A stretch of DNA of 64,000 nucleotides from Bugula neritina (lineage: Eukaryota > Animalia > Bryozoa): the NCBI GenBank assembly GCA_964035545.1, contig OZ037765.1, positions 16,120,995 to 16,184,994 of the forward strand. The letters are read 5' to 3'. The notes beneath the pieces are model-generated. The model ran no database searches. It was not told where the DNA came from and was given only the letters and a program-made list of their open reading frames with translations. Every line of letters begins with the position of its first letter. Positions within the stretch are counted from its first letter, which is position 1. Positions 29,001-41,700 of the stretch are shown here, piece after piece. A program made the position numbers and the translations under genes.

Positions 29001-29903
29001 CAGCGAATACTTCAACAAGCATAACTTACAATTTATTATTGTCTGTCCTTCAGTAAGTATTCCAGCAATTTTATTTTTAATTAACTAAACATGACTTTAT
29101 TTTAAGTGGCAATTTTAGTTTATTTTAATTTTTATTTCAATTTTGATATTTCTGTTTTAGTTCCATTTATTAATGTGTTTCCATTTATTACTGTGTTTCC
29201 ATTTATTAATGTGTTTCCATTTATTTGAACCTTCTAACAACTCTTGGGCACTTTTTTTCTCTAATATTACAAATAGAATACAGTTTGTACTTATGGTGAA
29301 ACTTACCAATAATAGGTCTAAATTCTATATTTAATGCAACATGATAAGGTAAATAATTGTTTTTATTATTACAGGATGAAGTAAGGCTCATACTAGACAA
29401 GGCAGAAATCAAAGGTCTGCAATTTAGTGACAGTGTGGAAGAAGGCATGAGAGTTGCATTTGGTAGGCACATTCCTGGCAGCTTTTGCTTTTCACAACAT
29501 TCTGTTGAGGAAGGACAATAGATTTTATGACACTGTTGAAATAGCTTGTAGTCATAAACTGTCAATTTCTTCGTAATTTTTGATATGACAACATAAAATT
29601 TATTGGCTTGTCACAATTTTTGAATTTTTTTTCTAGTTTATACATGCGTAATGCTGTGTTGCAATTTGACAGTAATTTATGTGCAGATCTACCTGTCCAT
29701 GTCAGCTGATTTTTTGTCAAATGATGGATCAATCTGGTAACCTATTTTTTATTTCAAATATTTTAGCTGGGGGACAGGACTTGTCTTCACATACTAGAAA
29801 TGTGAATAGTGGAAAATTAAACGAAGCATTTACTGTGGAAATAAACAGCGGTGATGACAATGCTAGCTCTTCTACTGTGGCGGAATCTGACCAACAGGTC
29901 TGA
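23069..29903 (+). CDS. SLC26A11: Sodium-independent sulfate/anion transporter (SLC26/SulP family, SLC26A11-like), 15 exons
   Basis: Exons 23069-23243, 24220-24352, 24547-24649, 25376-25589, 26101-26186, 26416-26495, 26605-26750, 26859-27070, 27170-27354, 27457-27653, 27915-27973, 28321-28449, 28822-29052, 29375-29462, 29767-29903. Motifs GDLVAGLTVGLTVIPQGMAYA, YGLYSAFVG, GTSKDITMGPTAIMSL, ARNAVVV, IDANQELIA, YPITGSFSRTAINSQSG, plus STAS (GLKFPG...CDYT). Confidence 0.93.
28536..28844 (+). repeat. 104-bp tandem repeat x3 spanning the intron/STAS-exon boundary
   Basis: TTGTACAG|AGTCCCAGAGAAGTAGTGATCATT occurs three times, with the AG ending at 28613, 28717 and 28821. Confidence 0.95.
29152..29225. 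repeat. 18-bp minisatellite (TGTGTTTCCATTTATTAA) x~4
   Basis: Direct reading, in the SLC26A11 intron following the STAS exon. Confidence 0.85.
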
Positions 29904-32900
29904 GGGCTGTATCACAAAGCTGTGAACATGTATAGCATACTTTTATTATAACCTATTTATGATAGAACAGCTTTTTTTAGAAAATGCAATATATTTTGTA
30001 GTATCAAATGTACTCTTAACAAGGGTAGAGTGTTCTTAAAACTATGATTTACCAGCATGAACATATATTCAAAGTAGCACATACGCATAATTCAAACTTG
30101 TAAAAAATTTCCAGTCCTATAATATACACAGTAATTCATAATCCTCTAACCAACAGTATGTATAGGTCTATTCTCATAATTGCAAACATTATTCCTATGC
30201 TGGCAATCATATTGACATATTTTGAAATTTTGTTCGTATCTTTGCAGTGACTTTTGTTAAATATTGAATAGATAACGAATGTAGTTTTGGTTTGTTTGTT
30301 TTTTATGCAATGTGGTGACAGGTTTTTATGTTAAATTGTTTCAACATTATTTTTATACTTAAAGTGTTATGTTGACCTACGAACTTAAATTGTGTTATTA
30401 TCTAGTACCCACAATATTCACGCAATATTTGATTAAACATTTTGTAAGTCAAGTATAAATATAAGCATTCAACATTTTACAGACTAAGAAAAAATGTTTG
30501 CTCATTTTCATTAACCAAATAGTTCATAACTATTTACTATATTTTGAACTTTTTACTTTTTTCGTTAAAAAAAAGTTTGTACTATAAGTAATTTTTTTTT
30601 CACTATCTATTTTTAGTAGAATTTTTGTTATTGGATGAGTGCATATACAACCTGTAGCATACCGTTTCTTTAACAATTATCTTCATGGTAAGCATATAGG
30701 TAAATATAATATATATTTTTGCATAGAAGTTTTTGAAATATCTATCATATATTATAGATATATAAATAAAAAACTATTAGCTTTTAGAAAACTATTTTGC
30801 TTTATTCTTAAAAAGATTTGCAGCATTTTAAATGTTATTTAAGGCATGTGTACCTTTCTCCCAAGTGAATTATATCATCAAGCTAAAATGACAGCATTTG
30901 TTGAAGGGTATATTCTTACTCAATTTCATATAGAGTTTCGTGGGTGTCTGTGAATGTTTGCCTTTTTTCTGAAAATTTATTGATGAGATCGAAAATTTGG
31001 GAAAACTTTTCTCTTTTCAGATTGTTGAAATAAGCTCTATATGGTAAATAACTTAATATGACAACATATTGAAGGTATAAAGGCCAGTGTCACCATTTAA
31101 ATGTATACAAACACAGTGTGTGTCCTTTTTCCGCTGTGTTTCAGAACTCTGCACTAGAAACTTCTCTGTTTGAGTTCTATTTAATATAGTGCTAAACATG
31201 ATATTTAAATTCTTAATTACTATCATGCTATGCATATGAAGAAACACTATATTCTCAGTTGAAAAATTAGCTGCCATCTTGAGTGTGTAATTATATGCAA
31301 CATGCAATACCTTCCTTTATCACTTGAAAGGGTTGTCAATGTGGTTTACCTGTGATATGAAGGTATATAATATAATATTGATCACCTCTATTATTATGCA
31401 ACTGATTATTATGAATTTGCACACCATCATTGAAATAATTTAGCATAATAAATAAATGAATGTTGACTATTGGCAGTTTTGATCAGCATGTAGACAGCTT
31501 GATGAATCAGCTCTTACAATGTTTCTCACGGCAGTTATTGAGTGGGCTGAAATATGAATATGTTCACATGTCACTTTGTCCCAAAATATTAAAATATACT
31601 TTTTTAAGAGATTGGGCTAATGATTGTGCACAAAATTAGCATATAAGATACTAAAACTCACAAACAATTCTCTGAACAAGGTTTTCAAAAATGACTTTAG
31701 AGCTACTGTAAATGTGAAATTACACAATGTACACTGATTAACACTCATTATACAAAAGTGCTTATATTTTAGTATAAAACATGTAGCATATTATAACAGT
31801 TCATATTAAAACTTTGGAACTTCTAAATTGAATACATTTACATCCAAGACATGCTTGTAAACCAAACACGCACACATGCATGTATACACACTTGTATGCT
31901 TTATATGAAAAAACGCGGGTGCTCACAAAAGCAAACTAAAAAAGTAAGAATACACCATCAAAAAATGCAATTTTAGAAGTATAAAAACTGTTTACTGTGC
32001 CATGTTTTTGAGTTTGAATGAACATAATTTTTCCTTATTGCAGTGACTAAAGCACGTTGAAGTTCTTCTTTATACTAACATTGGCATGTATATGAAGCTA
32101 TATAATATAAATTGATACATTTCTCATAACCAATGTTGATGATATAGGGACATGTCATTAAATTTTCTTTCCTCATGCAATACAATACTTACAATACATG
32201 CAACAATTAGCACTTTTTCACAAAACAAAGCATCATAATGCAAATAATTTCAAGTTATTTATAATTTGAATAGTGGAGCATGTTAATCTATTTGTGAGCT
32301 TCACTATTATTAGGCCACTAAACTTCATAGCGATACTTGTGGCATCAATAATATTCATATTACAGTCATATGGCAGGTTTACACTTTAGCTAATATGGAA
32401 TATGCCCTTCTTGTTTTGACAACTTCTTAATCAACTCTTGAAATTGCCTGTTGTGCTGAAGCACACCACACCACGCTATCTCCTGGTCTACTGCAGCTTT
32501 CCTTGCCTCGACCACCTGAAACTTATACACTAGTTTCTTTATCTGCTACTTAATCAATTTTCTCAGTTTTATAACCAATACTACTACCAAATATACTAGC
32601 TAAAAACTTATTGTAATGGCATCTTCTAAAAGTTTTTATACTTTTCCCATTCCTACAATATTTGCTACAATCCAATCTCTCAATAAAATAACATGTATCA
32701 TACCAGTTAATATGAATACTTTGCCACACACTTTGGCCCATTGATGTGTTAAGGTAGTATAACTGGTCTACATATATAATTTAGGCTAGTGTATAACTCT
32801 TTAACGACCTGCACATTGATCATGATAAAATTTATCTTTGAGTTGTCTCAAACTATATGAGGTCACTAGCAGCTTATCTTGACAAATTGGCACTATAACT

Positions 32901-33766
32901 CTTGCAAATGGCTTAACCTAACTTTACCTATTAGTGAATCTCTGATTGCCTGCAAACCTAAATATCACGACTTACATTGGTCAAAGAACTAGCTTCTGTA
33001 TCATAGACTTTATACAGTACTAATCAAATTTCCAACTTGACCATTTTAGAAGGGTAATGGTGGGCCGGAAGTATGTACAACATTCTAGGCACTGCAGTAT
33101 GCTGTGAGCGCAAAACTTGAAAGCTGCGGATGGCTATTGGCAGTCACTAATTTTTCTGTTGTGGCTGATCTGCAAAAATCCTTTTATTATAGCATTTACA
33201 TTTTACAGCCTTACTAAACACACCAGTAACACCATACTACTTCTAGCAATATAATTGCCACAGGCACTTGGTTACACAACTAGCATCAGTGGTTCTCTTC
33301 CTTCAAGCATTTCCCTTCAATTTGTTTTCGTAAGTCTAGCTAAACTACAGAGTTGTAAGCCCTTTGTAATACTTCTGTTGCCCTATTGATGACCTCAGCA
33401 CCATTGGAATGACAACTCTATAATTCTAATTCTACCTGTGTTAATCGAAAAGACAACTCTGCTATTGACTTATGATTCAAGCCAGGCTGATGATCAACTT
33501 CAACTACTATAGTTTACAACTCTAGATATAATATTCGCATATCTTGTAGGCCAAAAAGTAACTAATCACCCCTTATTTTCTATATTTTTACATACATATC
33601 TCAGTGTGCTAATTGCTAGTGACTGCTAACAAATTTTACTGGCTGCTCATTTCGGTAGATTTAGTCACAACACTATGCACACTTCTACAAGCCACAACAG
33701 CCACTAGCTGGATAGTATAATAATATAATGAAAGATTAGGTGCACTCACAATCATAAAAAATAGTG

Positions 33767-33767
<1 letters not shown>

Positions 33768-33801
<34 letters not shown>
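33768..33801. repeat. (AATC)n microsatellite
   Basis: Direct reading. Confidence 0.9.
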
Positions 33802-34287
33802 CCATAAACCTTCTTGAATGAAATACTTTTAAGCTTGTTCATCTTATCACCATCTCTTAGTGTGTCAACAAATTTAGATAATAAAAACAACCAAGAAATA
33901 GTTGTATTGCCTGTATATTGCTTGTATTGCTGTATATACTTTGAACCACTCTGCTTTGAGCAAGAGTTAATTTGTTAGTATATCTCTAACCCAAAAATGT
34001 TCTGTCTTTATATGAAGATAAACTCAATACAAGTCTATTGTGTTTTAGTGGTCAAAATCTGGAGAAAATGGTCCTGCAGCCTGAAAAAAATTACTGCCAA
34101 ATTTATTGCCTAAAAGTGGCATGGGGCCTCAAGTCTTATAAAGTAGGGTGCCAGAAAACACAGTGAAGTACTCTTTGCACAATAAAAGTTTTTTATTTTG
34201 AATTTGTCAGCTCTTATTTCAGGATGCAGCTTCAATGAATGTTATGGCAAAATAAACTAGAAACAAGATAAGGACTATTGAATTAAC

Positions 34288-34788
34288 GGTATCATCCCAG
34301 ATAGACACTTCCCAGTTGGACGCTAGGCAAAATTTCCTACTTGAATGCTTCCCAATTAGATACTATTTATTAATTTTGGTACAATACATATTTTATGTGT
34401 AATTTATTGGAATATTATTTGAATATATTATGTATATTTAAATAATGCACAAATTGAGCACATAAATAAATTTCTTTGATCTGCATTAACATATTATTAA
34501 TTCTACATATTTTTTGCTTCTTGTTTGAACAGATATCTTGTTAATGAGCATTAAATAATTAAAGATAATTTTTATTATTAATATAGTACTGCTTTTGGTC
34601 CCACACAAATCTATGAAAATTGGAATATTATTCCAGATAATTCATGTTAGCTATTATTATAGCTATTAGCATTTTAGCTATTTAGCAATCAATGCAACAG
34701 TTATATATAGGTATATTACTATATAATTATATGGCACCAAAATAAAAAAGAAGTGTCTAACTGGGAAGCGTCTACCTGGTATGAAACC
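34288..34788. mobile_element. MITE with GG-terminal TIRs and 8-bp TSD (Merlin- or MULE-like), copy 2
   Basis: Perfect TSD GAATTAAC (34280-34287 and 34789-34796); TIR GGTATCATCCCAG...CTGGTATGAAACC built from TTCCCAGTTAGACGCT-like modules. Confidence 0.85.
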
Positions 34789-35369
34789 GAATTAACTGTC
34801 AATTTTATAAAGAGCCGCTACATACAATTCCTTATGTGTTGTATCTGTACATGTATTAATCAGGTCCTTGCTGAGGTTCCCACACAAAAAATTGCTTACT
34901 TTATTACCATTTGTCAAAATAATTTGTTTTGAACTTTAAATTTCTGCAAATAACACGTGCATGAATAATACACATACATCGGAAAAAATTAAATAGGAGG
35001 AGGGTGGAGGTCAGGGAAAATAGCAGCTCACTTTCTGAAACTACTGAGGTGAATAATGGTAATGGGTATATCATAATTTGTGTGTTTTAACCTATGGAAC
35101 TTATGTCAAGCTCTTTTACATCGTATATGTCATTGAATGTAATGTAATAGTAAGGTAGGGAATGGAACACAGTCAAGTTTGGGGGACCCTAAGAAAGATT
35201 GGATCAACACATTATCAGCATGATATTCTACACTAAAAATATGAATAAACCATAAGTTGATGAAATATTTCTGGTGCAGCAAGAGATTGAGAGATATAAG
35301 CAATTTAAAATTATCAGAAGGTGTGATAGAGCAAGTTGGTTTGGAAGAATGAGGATTAAATTGAATTAC

Positions 35370-35430
35370 TGATGAAATACTTGCTGACCACCTAGGCATG
35401 AGCAAAAACTTTGCATGATTCCTTGATTTT
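35370..35430 (+). mobile_element. Possible mariner transposase relic
   Basis: Translates EILADHLGMSKNFA*FL, similar to the mariner ILxxHLGMxKxSARWVP motif; surrounded by stops. Confidence 0.35.
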
Positions 35431-36269
35431 TGAGATTCTGATCGAATATATAGGGCATATAACTTTTGATACACATGACTAGCTGAATGTTTAGGTCTTT
35501 ATTGACTCATGTTTTCTTACTATTGTCATAGGACTTTACCATTTCCAGTATTTCCAAGATTATGCCTTTCCTCTAGACTCCAGAGCCTTTTTAACTTCAC
35601 ACATGGATTGTTTATTTAACCAGCAAAATATGTGCTGATATTTCGACTTGTCAACATCAAAACATTTAGTGGTGCATATAACTGCAACATCCAACTTTTT
35701 ATTTAACAATATTCATTATATAATTTATAACTCAACTGGAACAGCACTAAGAGGTACCGATCAATTAGTATGACTATGGATGGCAGCTAATATAGTTGAA
35801 AAGTGTTAACAATAATTTGTAAGTTATAACCATTGAAATACAACTCTGAAGTTTTATTTCAGTCATTCAGTGGTTACATAATCTACGTCTGGAGAGCAGT
35901 GCAAACTTGAAACAAATCTAATTAAATTATTCAATTTGCCCCAGCTGCTATGATTCCAGATAATCTCCAAGCATCTTAAATCTATAAGCTATGGCATTTG
36001 TGGTATGAGTCATGAGATAATATTGACATTACTGTAGCTTCAGCAAAGAGGCACCAACACTGCAAAACAGTTTTCTCCAGGGATCTGTCCAAGTCAGTAG
36101 CTCAAAGGTCTCTACAGAGACTGGGTTAAACTCCTGCTCAGTTAATACAGCTTAACTAATGTGCCTATTGTCCAAGGACTGCATGCCCAACATATTACCC
36201 ACATTGAAATATAACTTGGTGATTACCTACCCATATGCTGCACACCTCTTTTCATTCTACAGCGATCCA

Positions 36270-36900
36270 GTGTCATGATCGCGCGGAGTAAGTTAAAGGA
36301 ATGCTATTTTTATTTTGAAAGTTGCTCATAAACTTTGGCATTAACTCCTCTCTGCAGAAATTTGCAAAAGTCAAGAAAAAGTTAATTAGGAGTTGTCTTT
36401 TTAAGAGTAGAAAGCTTTGTATGGAGTGACCAGAAGAATGCGTGGGTGTTCGTTCAATACAACCCGAACGAGAATTCATTCGAAGCATGGAAACGCAATG
36501 TACATACAAATCATAGAACTGCTTTTTCCAGCGTTCGTAACAACCGTAGCCCGTAGGTAACTCACAGGACGTCAATGCGTAATTTAGTACATGTTTGCGT
36601 TCGATGAAAACAATGTCAATCAGTTATAGTAGCGACTTAGACCTGTGAATCAAAGGGTTCATAATTAAATTTTTTCATTATCATTATGATTATAAATATT
36701 GATATTTCGTTTTAATTTTACAGTGACGATAATTAAGGTTTTTATATTCATGTTGAATTTGATGTTCGTGTTGAAGTTGAACCTAAAAGTTTAAGTTATC
36801 AGTTATAATATTTTATTATAAACATTCAGTTTTACTGTTCAGCTTCACAGCCGAAGCGGAAGTGTTATTCACGGCAATACAAGAAAAATAACTATGATTA
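36270..36900 (+). promoter_or_regulatory. Putative paxillin promoter region
   Basis: Locally CpG-rich stretch in otherwise CpG-poor DNA, with an ETS-type CGGAAGTG near 36858, followed by ~1 kb of low-complexity AT-rich sequence upstream of the first coding exon. Inference only. Confidence 0.35.
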
Positions 36901-37644
36901 TGAGGTTAGAATTAGTAAATATAAAATAATATCAATTGTAATAGTGTTTAATGATAATCTTGTAATCTATCATAATGATGATGATTCTCACAACGGTGAT
37001 CATCATAAATTAAAATAAAGAAAATATTAATATAATTTACAATTGGTGAATTAGTCAATTACTGTAACTCAGTGTTAGTGTAACTGCAAGTGCATCGGTA
37101 TACTTTCACTTTGACTTACAGTTACAGTAAGTGTAACACTAACTGTAAGTGTAACAGTGTTGAGTGTTACACTTTGACTTGCTGTTAGCGTCAGTGTAAC
37201 GGTACTCTGTAGGGCGTAGGCGTAGCACTAGTTGAGTCTGTAGTATAACTATAAGACATAAGATAAGTTAAACTTAATGTAATAAGTATTACTAATAATA
37301 TAATAGTATTACTGTTACTGTTAGTATTAACTATTATAATAATAATTATAATTAGTAATTACTATTAACTTTAAGAATTATTATTATAATCATTAATCTA
37401 ATCATTCTGATATTGATAACAGATAATCATAATGATTATCAAATATGAAATATCATTATGATTATGGTTATCACATTGACCTTTAATTTTATGCTTTAGC
37501 GGTTAACTTAGTTTGAATTCAAATTTATGATAAATATTATAATTATTACGAGTCTCTGTAAGTGTAACACTAACTGTAAAAGTCAAAGTGTAACTTGATT
37601 AAATTTAATATTCTGGTTATGCCCATTATGGTTATGATTATTAA

Positions 37645-37938
37645 GGTTTCTGGTAAAAATGGCACCAGTAATAATGACACAACTAACATAGTAGGTAAAA
37701 ATGGCTCATTTTTTAATATTATGGTTTGAAGTGGGGGTTGAGTGTTTCGAATGGGGGTGGGGTTTAGGAATGAGGGTTTGAGTTTGGGATTGGGGTTTAA
37801 GGGTTTGAGTTTGGGGTTTAGGAAAATTTGACATCAGTGTGCCATTTTTTCCTACTTTTCCATCTGTGCCCTTATTACCACTGAATTGAAACTATTATAG
37901 TTCAATGTTTATTACCTGTGCCATTTTTACCTAAAATT
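37645..37938. mobile_element. MULE-like MITE
   Basis: 9-bp TSD GATTATTAA/GATTATTAG; repeated GGTAAAAATGGCAC and GTGCCATTTTTACC subterminal motifs; central G-rich GGGTTT(A/G)GG repeats. Confidence 0.7.
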
Positions 37939-38735
37939 GATTATTAGTTATTTAACATTTTAATGAAGATAATCATTATGATTATAATTGTTATAGTAAA
38001 CTTAGAGTCACAGAACCTTGAATAATTTTAGTTGTTGACTACAAAATTTGAAATTCCCTAACTCATTTCAATATACACATGAACTCAACATGCTCTCCTC
38101 TTACATTTACAGTCACCGGAGACAACATCTACTACTGCATCGTAGTAGCTTGGGCACTCAATGAATTTGTATTAGCCATATGATATATGTGCTGATTAAC
38201 TATGGCAATAAGTTTTATTAGGCCATACTAATTGGAGGCTATTGTTACTTAATATTTTAGCTCACTGCTATTCCACTGCTGGAATAAATTTGTTTTTACA
38301 CATTAAACTGCAGTAGTGGATTAAAATTAGATTTTTCAATTGTTTGCATAAGAGCACACACAGGCTTTTCAAAAAATTTTCTATGCTGCTCCTGGGCATA
38401 GTATAAGTGTTTTTATTTCAGGTTTTTGTTATTTGGACAAGTTTTGATGATTACAATAAATATGTTAATCATTTAGATTTTAGAGAATAGCTTTAGCTGC
38501 AAAGTATTTGTAAAAGTGGAATAAGTTTTATATACTGCAGAAGATGCTTTCAGTGATTTTAGGGCAGAATAAATTGTAAAAACTTTTTCTATTTGGTATG
38601 ATTCTAAAAAACTGATTTTAGAAATAATAAACTGGCTTTTCGTTTGTTTTATATATATATTTCTTTTATATAGGTGTGAAACAGAGTTTACCTGATTTTC
38701 AGAATATCTATACAGAATATAAAATCTTCATAGCT

Positions 38736-41700
38736 ATGGATAGCTTAGGTTTGTTATATATTTTATACATTTCATCGACAGTTGCAATAGGGAATTTTGA
38801 ACCATTTCTTCTTGCACTGAAAATTTGAAGAGTATAATGAAGATTTTATAATGTTGCTTTTATCCTGTGTACTTGGTTCATTTTACTTAAATTAGTACAT
38901 ACTGGAAATCTCAAGTTTTTAGCTATTTTTTACAATTTAGCCGCTAATGAACATGGGTTTTTGCCCAAAACTAGCAAAATATCAATAAATACACCTAAAT
39001 AATCAAGGTTCTTTTTAATTTTGCTTGGTTTTCCATGTTTTTTCTAATTACAGCTACTTTTGATTGCAGACCGTTACGGTTATTTCGCAGTCCAAATAAG
39101 CTAAATAAATAGGCACAAAACATCATGCAAAATTAAGAAGGACCTTGATTATTTAGGTGTATTTCTTGATGTTTCACTAACTTTGGGCAAAAACCCATGT
39201 TCATTAGCAGCTAAATTGTGAAAAATAGCTAAAAACTGGAGATTTGCAGTGTGTACAAAATTAAGTAAAATGGCCCACTTATTATTTCAGATGAGCTGTT
39301 AGCTGACCTACACAGTGCTACAAATTATATTAAGAATGAACAACAATCTTTCGCACCAACTCCAGGCAGTAATTTAAGTTCATTGTCTACATCTGCATTA
39401 GATGGACATAATCCTAAACATTATGTTGGTGACACACCACACCACCAGTTTTATAGCAATGATCAGCAATTATCTTCTCAGCGATTTAGTCCAAAAGGCA
39501 GGGTTAACACAGCTTCGGTGTCCAATAGGAATAGTGACAGGTATAGTGCTAGCTCTAATGGCTCTGGAGATATGCCTGCTCCCCCATTACCTCCTCCACC
39601 TAGTAGGGATGTCATAGAGGAAGCTAATATGGGCTTCAGCAGTGAGGTATTCATATATTTACCTATATGTGTATATAATATACTCACTTCTCATAATTAG
39701 AAAATATTTTGGTAATTTCTTATTTATATCTTGCCTTTAGAGAACTTGCAAGTAATTGCATGCATGCAAGAGTCACTTTTTCTTTAGCCACTGTATGAGA
39801 TGCAGAACTTGTCCTCCCGTGTACAGGATACTTCTCCCTCTAACCCTTGCCAGGATAATGCCGGTGGCTACTCTTACCAGACCAACAACCATCACAATCA
39901 CTCAACTCTTGGGGCTAACCTTTCAGAGCTAGACTATCTCCTCCAAGACCTCAACTCTGTTCAGTTTCTAGAAGAAATCAACCAACCTGCTACCAGTAAG
40001 TATGACATGTTGCATTCAGTTTCGAAGTGACATGTAAAATTATTTTGTAAAAATAAGCAGGTGTTGTATATGATAATATGCTACCTGCGCATGCCTAGAA
40101 GAAGCCAGTGGTTGTATCTTGCATTCAAAAGTTTTTAGGTGGTATAGCATTGCAGTAAAGCTACTGAACTGATCTGATTCCACAAATCATACCAGTATTG
40201 GTTGCTGGACAACCTATAGGATCTATTTAGGATTCAAAAAGCGTTTTCTTTAATAAAACTGAATGTCTGTTTCATTATCTATATTTAGATATAAAGTGAA
40301 AATGCAGCCCACAATTTATTGTGGACATAAGTTTCAGAGTTGGTAATTGTAGAGATTGCCTCTCTTATGTGTTTAATACATGACTAATGTTGAAGGTGGT
40401 GTGGAAGATGGTAGTGTTTTGTCTGATAAGACTGTCTCTTCAGCTAAAGTTCCCCCTCCTACTCTTCCTAAGCCTACACAGAAATCTTTACCCTCTTCCA
40501 GTAATGTTCATTTTAACAGTGCAGAAGACTTGGAAAGGTAGGCTTTGCTGCAATTATAAGAAAATAACTTATTGCAGGTGTAGAATATGTGTAGTATAAT
40601 GCAATATTTTGTATTAGTAATGGTTACAACACTGGCCTATCCTGGCTAGATATTTGCTAGATAATTTTCCAATCCTGGCAGAGTGCTTATTTTGTTAGAA
40701 CAAATACAGTGAAAAGTAGGGGTAATGCAGCCATGTTTTGATGTCCAAAAAGTTATTGTCTTTGGCTGTATTCAAAATGCTGTGTTCTAAATGTGCTAAT
40801 TCTGGATCTGCACGTCTACGCAGTATGCACTTAGCAGTTCCACAGCTGATTACACTTTTCTGTTGGATTGTGAGTCATGTGGTTGAAGTTCCAAGTTTTG
40901 CTGAATGTAAAGAATGAGGATGAAATAACTTGTGTACCATTGTCTGATTGAACAATTTGGAGAATGTCTAGTCTACTGAAGCAATTTTAAACTTTACTGA
41001 CTATTTTCACTGTTCCTTTGCTTCATAGACTCTCATATTCAAAATAGTCTACTGCAGCTAGATAATGGTTACCATGTTGTTAAAAAGATCTACTTCAACT
41101 TTAGTCATGGTGTTGTAGGTAACGAATGGGACCAATCCGAGTATTACATACATTTTCATGTATGGAGTCATTTGTTTTACTAATTTTTTAGTTTATGACT
41201 TTATGATAAATATTTCCTACTGTCTAATCCCTAGGCTAATACAAGAAGAATATTTACCTTATCACTTCCTATTTCGTAGGGATTCAAATCAGTTGATGCA
41301 GTGTTGGTGGTTTATCTGTGTTAATGTATTACTTATGTAGGCAGCAGGTACATGCATCCTCTGCTACACAAGAACTGGAGCATCTGATGGACTCGTTATC
41401 TCAGTTTCAGGTTGGTTAAATCTCTCCATCTACTTAGTATGTTACTGCCATGGCAAGCCTGTGTTTCAGTATTCTCTAAAGTCAAATATAATCATACATT
41501 GTTATTATTCAACACTATAATATATCTGCCCAGTGATCATTTCAAGGGGCTTATGTGGCATTTAATTTTGTATACAAAAGTTGAACCTCTGCTAATACTT
41601 TTTTCTCCTATATTATTATTAGTTAAATTTAAAGCTGTTACCAAGCACGTATTGCTTCAAATTTATATATATTCGTTTTTGATGTGTTCTTTTGAATCTT

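Noticed and set aside
32387-32514. Possible terminal exon of a minus-strand gene (VVEARKAAVDQEIAWCGVLQHNRQFQELIKKLSKQEGHIPY*)
   Set aside because: It has an acceptor-like TTTCAG, but I could not link phase-compatible, stop-free upstream exons or recognise the peptide.
36640-37640. Structured ncRNA or satellite in the TAAT/GTTACA-rich stretch
   Set aside because: Low-complexity sequence with only short local repeats and no consistent period or fold.
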